From Octopus sinensis (Eukaryota): 64,000 nt of DNA. The DNA lies in the NCBI RefSeq assembly GCF_006345805.1, contig NC_042998.1:57970001-58034000 (forward strand), read 5' to 3'. The notes beneath the pieces are model-generated. The model saw nothing but the letters and a program-made list of their open reading frames with translations, did no database searches and had not been told where the DNA came from. How positions within the stretch are numbered: the first letter of the stretch is position 1; the number at the start of each line of letters is the position of its first letter. Shown here in pieces: positions 1-11,581 of this stretch. The position numbers were made by a program, and so were the translations under genes.

Positions 1-270
1 CAAACCCCGAACAAATCCTCTCAACACATGGCTATGATGCTCTTCCACAACTTCTGATCGTGATAAGAGATGTACATATCGTCAGCCACTAAGGGACATG
101 TTCCACTAGTTAAAATCATACAACTGACAGGCAAATCCGTGGTATTGAGCAGAATGTTTATAAATGTAGCCCATCTTTTATACTAGGACAAAACAATGCA
201 CATGGTAATACTTTCAGTCAGTTAAGATGAGAGACCATGAGAGCCACTGTCTGGTATTGCATCAGGGCAT
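1..270 (-). mobile_element. Interspersed repeat fragment, probably the 3' UTR of a 5'-truncated R4/Dong-like LINE running off the window edge
   Basis: Non-coding and abuts (TTA)n at 271-293 like the neighbouring elements. I recognise it from memory as a common octopus repeat; identity and strand are inferred. Confidence 0.35.
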
Positions 271-293
271 TTATTATTATTATTATTATTATT

Positions 294-644
294 CAGTAGT
301 TTTATTTTTATAGCGTGCTTTCACTTCACTACCGAGCGCAGCTCTGTGTGCCTTGGGTATGTGCTGTGATTTGTTGTGATGCTCTGATGGTTATTGTATG
401 GAAAGTGTTCTGCGTAGGATGTGTGCAGTGCCTAGTAGTGCAATTTTCTGTATGTTATATGTGTTTGTAAGTCCTGGTGTTTTTGTTATGTATTTGTCTG
501 AATATTTTTTTATCATGCCTAATGCACCTACTATGATAGGAATTGTTTCTGTTTTCAGATTCCACATTCTAGTTACCTCTATTTCCAGGTCTTTGTATTT
601 TGAGAGTTTCTCCATTTCTTTTAGAGACACGTTGTCATCTGCCG

Positions 645-646
<2 letters not shown>
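294..646 (-). mobile_element. 5'-truncated R4/Dong-like RLE non-LTR retrotransposon (endonuclease C-terminus + 3' UTR)
   Basis: ORF 391..729 ends DDNVSLKEMEKLSKYKDLEIEVTRMWNLKTETIPIIVGALG...LGTAHILRRTLS, the typical RLE C-terminus. Flanked on both sides by (TAA)n (271-293, 646-706). Confidence 0.9.
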
Positions 647-706
<60 letters not shown>

Positions 707-1774
707 TCTTCTTTCAAATTTGCTTCCACTTCTTGCCGAGTGTCTTCCCGACTCCTAGGGCAAAGAAACTCATAGTATACATTGGTAGGCCATTAAACCA
801 AACTCAGTAGTTCGTTCATTTTTAAAAAAATTTTTTTTAAAGTTAAATTAAAATACATGAGCAGCAACAGTTCTCACATCGACAATGCTCTTCTCAATAC
901 GTGTGATGTACCAGTTAAGACAATCTTTTGCACTTCTTGCAGGGATGGTAAGCCAGGGATCATTCTCATATAATTTTCGGTTCCCTTCTTGTTCATTCCT
1001 AGTGCTCCTACGATCACTGGTATTGTAACCGCCTTGAGATGCCACATTTTCTCAATTTCAATGAGTAGGTCTTTATATTTTCTGAGCTTGTCAAACTCTT
1101 TCGCTGAGATATTATGATCACAGGGGATGCTCATGTCGATCAATAAGCAAACTTTATTGTTTTGGTCTTTCACAACAATATCTGGTTTATTGGCCTTGAT
1201 GGTTCGGTCTGTATGTACTGGAAAGTCCCACAGAATGGTTACATTTTCTCCTTCAGTTACAGCCTCAGGGTGGTGATTATACCACTTGTCGGCAGTTTTG
1301 ATATTGTAATGCCGACTTATTAGCCAGTGGAGATATTGGCCAACTCTGTCATGTCTTAATTTATACTCCACTGGTGCTAAGACTTTACATCCAGAGATTA
1401 GGTGGTCCACTGTTTCAATCTTGTCGTTGCAGAATCGGCATTTTGGGTCTGCTCCATTTTTCATCACATTGGCCTGGTAGTTCCGGGTTAATAGGCTTTG
1501 ATCTTGAGCAGCCAGGATGAAACCTTCGCTCTCTGCTTTTAGCCCTGAGCTCCGTAGCCACTGATGGGTTTGCTTCTGGTCAACATCAGCTTGTTTGCTG
1601 CGGGTCATATATTTGCCGTGCAGAGGTTTCTCCTCCAACCTATCAGCCAATTGCTCGTGCGCTTTTTTCATTGCTATCATTTTCACCTTCTTTGCAACAA
1701 TAGTTGCCGTACTTCCCTCGGGTTGTTCAGTTTGGGTATCCTGCACGAGATCAATAGCAAATTTTTTGCTTTCC

Positions 1775-1776
<2 letters not shown>
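707..1776 (-). mobile_element. 5'-truncated R4/Dong-like RLE non-LTR retrotransposon (second subfamily)
   Basis: Open frame 874..1746 plus about 165 bp of 3' UTR ending ...GAAAGAAGAAA then (TAA)n. The 5' junction abuts (TAA)n 1776-1970. Confidence 0.92.
874..1746 (-). CDS. Uninterrupted C-terminal 290 aa of retrotransposon ORF: CCHC zinc knuckle + PD-(D/E)xK restriction-like endonuclease (not a complete gene)
   Basis: KPLHGKY, QWLRSSGLKAESEGFILAAQDQ, CRFCNDKIETVDHLISGC (CCHC), RHD, ILWDF, NKPDIVV...LLIDMSIP, KLRKYKDL. The start Met is internal; there is no RT domain. Confidence 0.8.
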   Translation of the reverse strand: MQDTQTEQPEGSTATIVAKKVKMIAMKKAHEQLADRLEEKPLHGKYMTRSKQADVDQKQTHQWLRSSGLKAESEGFILAAQDQSLLTRNYQANVMKNGADPKCRFCNDKIETVDHLISGCKVLAPVEYKLRHDRVGQYLHWLISRHYNIKTADKWYNHHPEAVTEGENVTILWDFPVHTDRTIKANKPDIVVKDQNNKVCLLIDMSIPCDHNISAKEFDKLRKYKDLLIEIEKMWHLKAVTIPVIVGALGMNKKGTENYMRMIPGLPSLQEVQKIVLTGTSHVLRRALSM

Positions 1777-1828
<52 letters not shown>

Positions 1829-1862
1829 TATTATTATTATTATCATTTTATTATTATTATTA

Positions 1863-1924
<62 letters not shown>

Positions 1925-1970
1925 TATTATTATTATTATTATTATTATCATTTTATTATTATTATTATTA
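1776..1970. repeat. (TTA)n/(TAA)n microsatellite, about 195 bp, imperfect
   Basis: Directly visible. Confidence 0.98.
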
Positions 1971-1975
1971 TGATC

Positions 1976-2192
1976 AAGGCAGCGAGCTGGTAGAATCGTT
2001 ACCGGTGTGGACGAAATGCTTAGCAGTACTTCACCCGTTGCTACGTACTAATTTCAAATTGCGCCGAGGTCGACATTGGCTTTCATCCTTTCGGGATCGA
2101 TAAAATAACTACCAGTAAAACATTGGGATCGATATAATCGACTGGGCTCCTCCTCTCAAATATCAGGCTTTGTGCCTTTAGTGGAAAAGATT
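1976..2192 (+). mobile_element. tRNA-derived SINE, family A (subtype with CAGGC(C/T)TTGTGCCTTTAGT 3' end)
   Basis: GAGCTGGTAGAATCGTTA A-box-like head, degenerate B box, GATCGATATAATCGAC segment, (ATT)n tail. Confidence 0.8.
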
Positions 2193-2212
2193 AATATTAT
2201 TATTATCATTAT

Positions 2213-4830
2213 TGCGAGTGTTTCTGTTTTTTCAAGCACGTATGAGGTGCATCTTGAAAAACTTACATAAAAATATTTCATGCTTAATAAATACTATGCG
2301 AAATGATCTAATATTGTCATTTTCTGAAACCAACCTATGTTTATCTTTAAAGGTAATATATCAATACCTACACAGAAGTCATTGTGTATCAGTCCAAATA
2401 AGATGCATAAGCACATTCCTTTACTGCCATAATGGTTTTATTACAACAGCTGAGTGGTATGATTCTTTTTTTCATCGTGCCACTGCACGAAATTATAGTT
2501 ATCTGGTATTACAATGTCGATAACCTTATTGTCCTTTTTCTTATGGTAAACAATGTTAAAATTCAACAGTATATAATTGGCATATTACAAGAAAAGTAGA
2601 TATTCATGTGAATACCAAAGAGCTTTTTTCTTGAAGAGGTTGAAACTGAGTGGACAGGCATATGTAGTGTAGTTTCGCTAAGTCAATAATGCCTCTTCAA
2701 AAGAATTTTGTTGGATTTCGTCTATAGACTATTGATACATTGCGGTCTGTTTTTTTTTTTTTTCACAACAGAGAAGTGACCATTGTCCCTTTTATTGTTA
2801 AAGAAGCGAACTTTCCTTATAACGTAACTAGTAGTGGCAGTCAGTACCAAAAATGTCAAATGCTGTTGTTTCTCTTGCTTCATTCAGCATGGAATCGTTC
2901 AGAATCAATTTCTTTCTCTGCTTCGAGTCCTGCGCTTCTCAGCCATTGTTAGAATTTTCTTTGTCTATTTCTTATGTTTAGTTTAACCCAATATTTGCCA
3001 TTAAGGGGTTTTTCTTACCATCGTTTTATCATGATCCGTTGCTGTTCCAGTTTTAGTTTGGATTTCAGTTGTTTTATAGCTTTTCTTGCTTTTTATTTTT
3101 GTTCATAGTTATTAGGTACTGTGAATTCTTTTTGTATTTGTCAGCTTCATTAAAGACTGAAAACAGATTTTTGTTCTCTCCGCGTTTTGTGGCTATTTGT
3201 ATTAGTTATCCTTGCTTCTAAAGTAGGTATTTCTATTGTCAAATGGTGGTTATTTTGTAATAGTTTTCTAGCTGTATAAGGCTTCTGCCAACTTCGATAT
3301 ATTGTATATATAACATTTCTATGTCAGATTTCGAGTGGTGCATCCTAAATCCTGTCATTATTTTTCTTGTTTTCATGTCTATTTTGATCAGTTCATTTAG
3401 AGTCTAGTTAAGAATATTATAGCTGTAACTTAGAACTGGGGCGGCTAGACTTTTAATGCATCTTATTTTGTTGTACACATTGAACCCTGTTTTCACTATT
3501 AATCTAACTCGTCTATAGTGTTCTTTTCTTCTCTTCTCTTTCATTTGTGTGTGTTGTATCGTAACTAGTTCATAGATTCCTAAATATTTGTATGTCTGGC
3601 TTTGATCTAATTATTTCATTTGGTTTATCTAATGTGACGTTGCTACTCTTAACTAGTGTTCCTCTTTTCAAGGTTGCTTTGGCACATTTTCTAAGCCAAA
3701 TTTCGTGCTTATTTCTTTGGTAAATCCATGTACTGTCTGTTTATCATTTGTAGCGTACAGTTTTATATTATTCACGTATAAGAGGTGGCTGATTGTTTTG
3801 CGGTAACAGTTGTTATATGCTTTATTCTTTAGCATGTCAGATAAAGGTGTCAGTGCAAAGCACAAAAGGAGTGGTGGGAACGTGTCTCCTTGAAATATTC
3901 TTCTTCTAATGGGGATGGCTTTGATTTTTGTGAGTCTCTCTTTTGTCTGGACCTGTAGCTCTGTCTGTCATTAACTCATGGAATGTTTTATATATTTTAC
4001 GATTATTGTTGCAACCTTGTTCATTGCTAGTGTTTCTAGGATTCATGTGTGGGGAATATTATCAAAAGCCTTTCGGTAATCTATACAGGCCATACTTAGA
4101 CCCTTCTTCTTTCTGCGGCTGTCTTCAGTTATAGCTTTCTTGATTAGTAGCTGATCTTTAGAGCAGTATGTATATATTGGCAGATGCTTACTTCCATAAA
4201 TTTTTATCGTACATTTGTTACAATAAAAAGGCATGTTTACATATTCTGTTAGTCATGGAAGAAGGTAAGACGAAAATGTTGACATAAAATTGGAGATATT
4301 AAAATTTCTGAATTGTTTGAGGTGCTCGCTTGTATGTCCGTTCAGAGAAAATTGTGGTGTTTTTTTTATTTACAATAAACAGGATGCTTACATTTTCGAA
4401 TATTCAGGGATAAAGGAACCGATAGAAAAGGAAGGTATAATTTTTTCACAGAAAATTGTAGATATGAAGTGTAAAAAATTTACTGGAGATGATCTTTTGT
4501 CTGTCCGAACAGAGAAAACTGTAGTGGTCTTGGAATAAAGAGGATGTTTGCATTTTCGAATACTCAGGGGGAAAGGTAATGTTAGGTAATTGCAGGTGTA
4601 GATATTAAAGGTTTTAAAACTGATTGTTTATGTGTTCGAAAGCTGTAGATAAGTAAGTTCCTTAACTTATTTTGAGGGAAATTCAAAATACTCACAAGAA
4701 ACTGTTGATATTCCAGTTTTTTAGAGTTATTTTTCAGTTGTTCTGTTGGATTGTATAAGTGTTTCTGTGTCTTCAGCTGCTGACAGGTCAGAGCAGCGAA
4801 GAACACGTCCAGCCGATGTCACATCCAGCC
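2213..4830 (-). mobile_element. Degenerate R4/Dong-like LINE (RT through RLE)
   Basis: Minus-strand remnants DQLLIKKAITED...IDYRKAFDNIPH, IFQGDTFPPLLLCFALTPLS, HLLYVNNIKLYA, NKIRCIKSLAAPVLSYS...KTRK...HHSKSD, EKPLNGKY, QWLRSAGLEAE, VIDIVIPD. Many stops and frameshifts; ends near (TAA)n at both sides. Confidence 0.88.
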
Positions 4831-4834
4831 TGTT

Positions 4835-4835
4835 A

Positions 4836-4908
<73 letters not shown>

Positions 4909-4921
4909 CATCATCATCATC
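4835..4921. repeat. (TTA)n(TCA)n microsatellite
   Basis: Directly visible. Confidence 0.97.
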
Positions 4922-5140
4922 ATGAACTGGCAGAATCCCTAGTACACAAGGCTATATGCTTAGCAGCATTTTGTCCGTCCTCACATTCTGAGTTCAAATT
5001 CGATCGAGGTCAACTTTGCCGGTCATCCTTTTTGGGAATCAGTAAATTAGGTACCAGTTGAGCACTGGGGTCGGTATAATCAACTAGTACCGTCCCCCAA
5101 CATTTCAGGCCTTGTGCCTTTAGTAGAAAGGATAATTATT
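4922..5140 (+). mobile_element. tRNA-derived SINE, family A
   Basis: GAACTGGCAGAATC head, B box GAGTTCAAATTC, CACTGGGGTCG segment, CAGGCCTTGTGCCTTTAGTAGAAAGGATAATT end. Confidence 0.85.
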
Positions 5141-5342
5141 AGGACGGTGAGCTGGCAGAACAATTAGTGCCAGAGAAAATGTTCCTTATGATATTTATTC
5201 CGGTTCGTTGCATTCTGCGTTCAAATTCCGCCGGCGTAAATTTTGCCTTTCATCTCTCTGGAAGCGATACAATAAAATACTAGTGAAGTAGTGGGGTCGA
5301 TGTCTTGGACGTGCCTCTCCTAAAATTACTGGCTATTATTAT
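5141..5342 (+). mobile_element. tRNA-derived SINE, family A, diverged
   Basis: GGTGAGCTGGCAGAA head, GCGTTCAAATTCCGCC B box, short (TAT)n tail. Confidence 0.75.
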
Positions 5343-5344
5343 TT

Positions 5345-7750
5345 TGCTAAGGGTACATATTCTGTATTCAATCGGACCCTTTCTGGAGATCTAAAGTAGA
5401 ATATTTTGTGTTATAAGTCTTCCTTTTCATTACTCTATAGACAGTATCGCAAGTAGAGCGTTGGCAATCCATAAAAGCGTTACTTACTGAACTTCGTACA
5501 TTGAAGATCTCTCAGGCAATTCTCTCCATTACTTCCTACGTAGTTTTTCAATCCCAATCTCTCCCATACAGACAAGGAGTATTCTAATGTCCCTATTATA
5601 TACTGTTTTAATCCCTAAGCAGCTTTCCAACATTTATTTTCTATCGAGTTGTTATTGTTGTTTAAGCAAGCTACATGAATTAATGTACAAGTCTAGGATC
5701 TCTTTCTCTTATAAAGATGTCCCCTCGGTTTGTTGTTATCTAATTGCTATGTCCTTGGATAATTACACTGCTTTCCTTATCTACTAATTTTTCAGACAAG
5801 ATTATGTTATTTTTCTACAATTAGAGCTCTCATTTCCATATATCCCTTATGATGAGGGTAAGTAACTATCTTGTTCGCACTTCTGATATATTCTGATTAA
5901 TACAGCTGGTTTTATACCTCTAATATTTGCTAATTATCGGTGAAGGCGGTGAGCTGGCAGAACCGTTAGCACGCCGGGCGAAATGCATAGCCGTATTTCG
6001 TCTGCCGTTACGTTCTGAGTTCAAATTCCGCCGAGGTCGACTTTGCCTTTCATCCTTTAGGGGTCGATAAAATTAAGTACCAGTTACGCACTGGGGTCGA
6101 TGTAATCGGCTTAATCCGTTTTTCTGCCCTTGTTTGTCCCCTCTATGTTTAGCCCCTTGTGGGTAATAAAGAAACATATTTGCTAATTATTTAGATTTGA
6201 TACCTCTAATTTGACCACACTGCTCATGAGTCGAAATTGTCAGAACTTCGGTCATTCTTTTCAACTGAAATCCTAGGATTCAATTGCGGTTCTGTTGTTT
6301 GTTACAATCCAGTTTGTTTAATCGTTTGGGAATCGCTCATGAAACATTTCAGTTTATGTTCTCTTTTCCTTTTCTCGATCAATCATCTTTGTTTTAATTC
6401 TTCCTCAGATCCTTTTTCCTGTCTATATCTTTCTGCATTGCATGTGCATCGTGCTAACCATGTTTGTGGTTTTTGAGAAATGTGAGAGTGAAACATCTAT
6501 TCCTGAAATTGTTTGAGTAATAAATGCAATCTTTCATTTTTGTCGTATTTGGAACCTTATAGTAGTGAAGTTTTGCTTTTTGTTATAAGGATCTATTCTC
6601 GATGCAGAGGTGTCATATACCACCATAAATTGTTCTACCATCACACTTAAGTTATACATACGATGTGTCAGTTTCTCGGTGTTGTCTATATTTTATCAAT
6701 AGCCATCTCGTTTTGTGTTAAGTTTTCCTTTTCTTATTTTTTTGCGTATTCCAGTTTCCCACACTGAAGCTATGACTTATTGTTGATCCTGCTTGTGTTT
6801 TCATAGTTTTTATTTTAGTTTTCGAGCTGATTTCATGTTTTAGGATTATTTTAATCTGTTGGGTCTATTTCATTTCTCTCTGTCATTATGTCATGTTGCA
6901 TCTTTTCATTTTTGCTGACCCCACTACCAAGATATCAGTTACACTCAACTATTCCCGCAAAATTCATGAACTGTGCCCCGTAATCGGCATATAACGTGTC
7001 ACTCGTGCGTAGTAAATGGATGATCCCCCTCGTTACCAATCTTGTAATAGCTATTTTCACAGCTTATGGCTAGCCAAAGTAAGATATAACTAACATTGTA
7101 ACCAAATCTTGTAAAATTAACACTTTATATGAATTATGATTTTGGACATTTTGGTTTTCATTTTCGCATGCTGCTTTCATGAACGCCCTATAATCACTGG
7201 TGATAATGTCTATATTTGTTTGGACTCAAGAATCCATGGACATGATACACTGTTTGTCCAAAGTCCATGAAAGCAGTAAGTTCTGTTTCTGTAGTCATCC
7301 TCTGATATCACTTCATGTATAAACTTTAATATTTGGCCTATGAAATTGTATGAGTCTTCTCTAGTTCTGTCGCGAATTTTAAGTTGTGTAATTTCAGTGG
7401 TGTATCTTTCTGAGTTCTCACTTATACTAGATATGTATATATTTCCTCTCGTAATTCATCTCCTGTTGAATCTTTTGTTTTCGAACAGAACCCCGTTCGG
7501 ATCTTCTAGTTATCTTCCTTATTTCTACGTCTACTGATCTGCTTACTCCACATGCTGTTGTGTACATTATTTGCTTTGAGGCTGATATATCAGTTGCATT
7601 TTTTTGTTGTTGCTATATTTCTAATACATAGCTAGTTTGATTAAGCCACTGTGCGAGGTATGATATTTCGCTGGTTTCTAATCTGTTTTCAATTTCTTTA
7701 AGTTGTTATCTCTGCAAATTCACGGTTAATTTCGTCGATTATATTAACTA
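5345..7750 (-). mobile_element. Degenerate R4/Dong-like LINE interrupted by a SINE at 5938-6175
   Basis: NKP..DI...TCTLIHVA RLE remnant near 5650-5750; YLG-like and VSCPWILES (RT) remnants at 6900-7260; IASVWETG-like segment near 6760. Confidence 0.65.
5938..6175 (+). mobile_element. Young full-length tRNA-derived SINE, family A, with 15-bp TSD
   Basis: A box GAGCTGGCAGAACCGTTAG, B box GAGTTCAAATTCC, end AATAAAGAAAC. TSD ATATTTGCTAATTAT at 5923-5937 and 6176-6190. Confidence 0.93.
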
Positions 7751-7822
7751 CGTCACTGCATCAATTCATTTATGTTGGTGCTTATGTTTATCACCACCAC
7801 CACCACAACCGCCGCCGCCACG

Positions 7823-7854
<32 letters not shown>

Positions 7855-7874
7855 TATTATTAATATTATTATTT

Positions 7875-9800
7875 TTTATTACTTGACAATGTTATATCTG
7901 GAGCTGTCTGCATTTTGCTTACTTTATTTCATTTATGTTGTAGAGTGTGTTGCTTTTGTATAGATTTCAGTTGTGTTCCATGTTTTGGCGTGTACTATTG
8001 TAGTATGGGTGCTGCAGATCCATAACCAATAAGCGTTCCTGGTTGGGATTCCATTAATATGATAACTGTAATATTTTAACGTAAATATATCTATTAAACA
8101 CAAACTCTCGAGGGATGCGCAATATTCAGGGTGAATGAGTTATAGGTGTCTTCATCTTTTTTTTACGGCTACGTCGTATTACTTTTCTTTATTATTTCTT
8201 GCATTTATGTTTCCCTGGTCACCGAAGGTTATACGGGTGCTTTTTTTTTAAAAAAAAAAAGATATCTTGTTACATTTAACAATTCTGTCCTATTTATTTG
8301 TGCACAAATCTCGGGTTTGCCTTTTCGCCAGATTTGCTACTGATTCAGAAATATGGTCATCTATTTTGTGTCCGTTCATCCCATCAACCTCCCAGGTTCT
8401 GCACTTACCACTACAAACCTTCTCTGATTTTTCCCGCATGTGTGAAGTTGCAACAATTTTAATTTAAACATTAACACTATCTATCTCACCGTATCGGAAG
8501 GTCTACAAGTCCCATGAACGTTTCTCTTTTTCTCTGTACTGAAAGGTAACCATAAAAAGCTAGAAGGCATTGTTGGGCAGTAAATAAAGCTTTGAACCAG
8601 TTTTGCTGAACACATTTGTTTGTGTTGATAAATTGACTTAGCAGTACCTGGTGCTATGTGGTCACGTTCATTTAGGTTTCATTGCCGAATATTTTACGTT
8701 TTTAATTTTGAAGATTTTAGGAATCATTTTGCCTCAATATCTTTTAAAACGATAGCCATAGAATGCTTATGGATAATTCCAATTATAATGGCAATGCTTA
8801 AACATTTACTAATTACTTGTATCTATTTTTCCGATAAGTTATAAAGACAGAACGATCGTCGTGAATGAACGCGATGTAGACATAGACTTTGTGATAAAAT
8901 TAATAGAAAAATGATCACCAAAACTGACTCTTGGAACTGATTTTGAAAACAATAACTTTGGAAATCTAAGAAAACATTCCGGTTCATAAAACTCTGACAT
9001 TTACTCAATGTCTTTCTCTTATTGAGGTTACAAACCTACACCTTTCTTATTGCCATAGAATTCTTCATGGCAACTATTTTCGTTTAATTTGACACTTAAA
9101 ACCTCCTCGCCTGAATTCATATTGTTTTCAGTATATTTACTCTATTTTTGACTGTTCAATTAATTACGTTATTTTATGTTCGATTTCTCTTGCAACATTT
9201 TAAAGCCACCTGTTGTCACCCCGATTATAACATCGATAAAAATTACTTACGTCTCTAAGATCATTTTCTACTGTTTTCAACTGTTTCATACCAATTGCTC
9301 CTGTCCTACTAAATACAAATCTCTTCCCAAGGTGTGCAGTAATAAAATTTAAAGAAGTAGAATTATGTAAGTAAGCTATGTTTCGCTTCGTTGTAGGTTA
9401 CATTCCACCCCCACCCCACCCCCAGTACTACTTTAGTCTTTTGTATAGCATATAAGCTATATAATTTGTGTTATTTTCTTTGGTACTGAAACATTGTATG
9501 TGCTGCATGAGTTGTGTAACGTTTTAATGTTGCTTTCTGATAGGAATGTGTTGTTTACATTGTGTATTGAATTGTATTGTTGAATGGTAATTGCAGTGAC
9601 GTAGCATGGGTTTTGACTTTCCTGGACGTAACGAAATTGGCTGCTCCTTCCTTAAACAACATACCTTTAGTCACATCGAGCACATGTGCATAAATTGATT
9701 TTGCAAAAAATTTGCAGCCATGAATGATGTGATCTTGCGTCAATTACATTGCATAATCTACACTTGAATTGTATGTATTAAATAACGATTTAAAAGCAGC
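7875..9800 (-). mobile_element. Degenerate R4/Dong-like LINE fragments (probably two copies head-to-tail, junction near 9300)
   Basis: 3' end-like segment near 8000 next to a (TAT)/(CAT) tract; RT-like FQES(V)L near 8930; TQDHIIHGCKFFAKSIYAHVLDVTK (CCHC/RHD remnant, ORF 9555..9743); TAH-like terminus near 9340. Confidence 0.6.
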
Positions 9801-9840
9801 TCTAGTAATGTAAACACTGTCGCCGATTCCAGGTAGGCAC

Positions 9841-10029
9841 CCTACACGAGGCCTAGTTTTAAAGAACACATGAATATCATAGACCAGGCAAGACAACTCG
9901 CCTCGGAATCACCGAGAAAGGTGGATAAAGATTTTTCACCATTATCAATACCTTGTACTGGGTCATCTCGAAACGATGACATTCAGTCTGTGATATTCAG
10001 GTGTTCTTTAACACTGTGCCTCGGGTAGG
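9841..10029. mobile_element. MITE-like element with 44-bp imperfect terminal inverted repeats
   Basis: 9841-9884 vs the reverse complement of 9986-10029 match at 38/44 positions by eye. No clear TSD. Confidence 0.6.
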
Positions 10030-10200
10030 CAGCTTCCCCTGGACGCTATGCTGCAACAAATTTGGCGTATGAGCAAAACAAATACACTATGTATGTGCGA
10101 CCGATAATAGGTGTGTATGTGTATGTGCGTGTGTGTTTGCGTTCGTGTGTGTGAGAGAGTGTTTGTGTGCGCGATTTTATGTGTGTGCGCGCGCGATCAC

Positions 10201-10375
10201 CACTTGGCAACTAATGTTAGAGCATTGGAATATATCTTATAATATTTGTCCCAACTCCTTATGTTCTGAGTACAAATTCCACCGGTATAAAATTTGCCTG
10301 CTCTTCCTCCAAGGTTGACGTAACAAAGTACGTAATTTACTTTAACCACTAACATGGCACCTAATATTATAGATA
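10201..10375 (+). mobile_element. Old family A SINE
   Basis: TTCTGAGTACAAATTCCACC B-box-like motif followed by the TTTGCC segment. Confidence 0.5.
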
Positions 10376-10379
10376 TCCT

Positions 10380-11560
10380 TATTTTCTGTTCTTCTCTCTG
10401 GTTGTGTCTATTTCCATAATAGATAATCTTCCTATTGGATAATCTCCCCATTTTCAGTTGTTTTCTTTTACCATCTAATACTTCGACTATGAAATATTTC
10501 TTTTCCTGATGTTCTTGACAATATCCGATCGATTATCCTTGATCTCTACGTCTTTGTCGACTGACATATCCAAATATATGATTCTTTCGCGTAGTGGTGT
10601 ATTACCGTATCTTATATTGGTATTTCATAGTGCTGTCAACACCGATAGATATATTTTTGGATAAGTATTTGCTCATAGAGAATATTTGGTTAATTGTTTT
10701 TCTCAATCTTTACGTATCATGCAGCTACTTATGGCCTTCTGCTTCATTATATGAATGCAGTGGTCGTTAGGGGACAGCTTTGAATTTGTGTTATCAAGTA
10801 TTCTCTTCGTCTCATTTAATGTTACGATTTTTCAGTCTTTTACCATCTTGTTTCGGGAATTTTTCAATTATTTACCATGTTTGTTTTCATTTCAAAGCTT
10901 TTTTGTGGTATTCTGTAATCCAATGTTTAGCTTAGTTTAAAGTGTTACCACATTTTCTGTCATGTTTCTTGTTTTCATTTACAGAAATTTGCCATATCAG
11001 CTTCTGTTTTGCATATGTTAGCTTCTTTGACGACAGAAAATTACGCTATTTTTGATTTGTTCTAGCTTTGTTGTTCATTACTTACTTTTCTCGTTATAGT
11101 TTTTGCTCTTCTTGCATAAAACCCCCATTTCCCTGTGTCAGAGTAAATATAATCCTAATGTTATATTTTGTTCTCAAAATATAGTGACTATTCTTCTTGT
11201 TTTCCTCACTATTATATTTATTGACAAGTTTATAACAATATAATTATATTGCTGAATGAAGATTATTAATTCTTACTATTTTTTTGCATTTAAACATACG
11301 AATCTATACTATTCTTGCACAGCTATTCCTTCGTTTGTGTCTGTTGTATTCTGTCTTATTCAATGACAAATTTTTCTCAGTTGTATCTTCCATTTTGCAG
11401 CTATATAATTTCTTAGTCTTAAATATTTCTCATTCTCATTTATCATCCATATTTACATTGCTGTGTATATTGTTCATTTCGGGTTTTGATGGTAATCTGT
11501 TGGTATTCTAGTGTTTCATACTCTCGTGTTTATTATTTGTTTAACATTTTATAATTTCAA
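10380..11560 (-). mobile_element. Degenerate R4/Dong-like LINE
   Basis: IIYLDMSVDKDVEIKDNRSDIV (RLE catalytic region) near 10500-10590; LYLL*HREMGV / GNGGFMQ (RLYLPR..GGRGL-like, frameshifted) near 11120-11160. Confidence 0.6.
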
Positions 11561-11581
11561 TTTCTTCTGCTTAGTTGATTT

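Noticed and set aside
5938-6030. tRNA genes at SINE heads (also 15700-15806 and family B heads)
   Set aside because: A and B boxes are present, but I could not fold a complete cloverleaf with acceptor stem, and they continue into SINE bodies.
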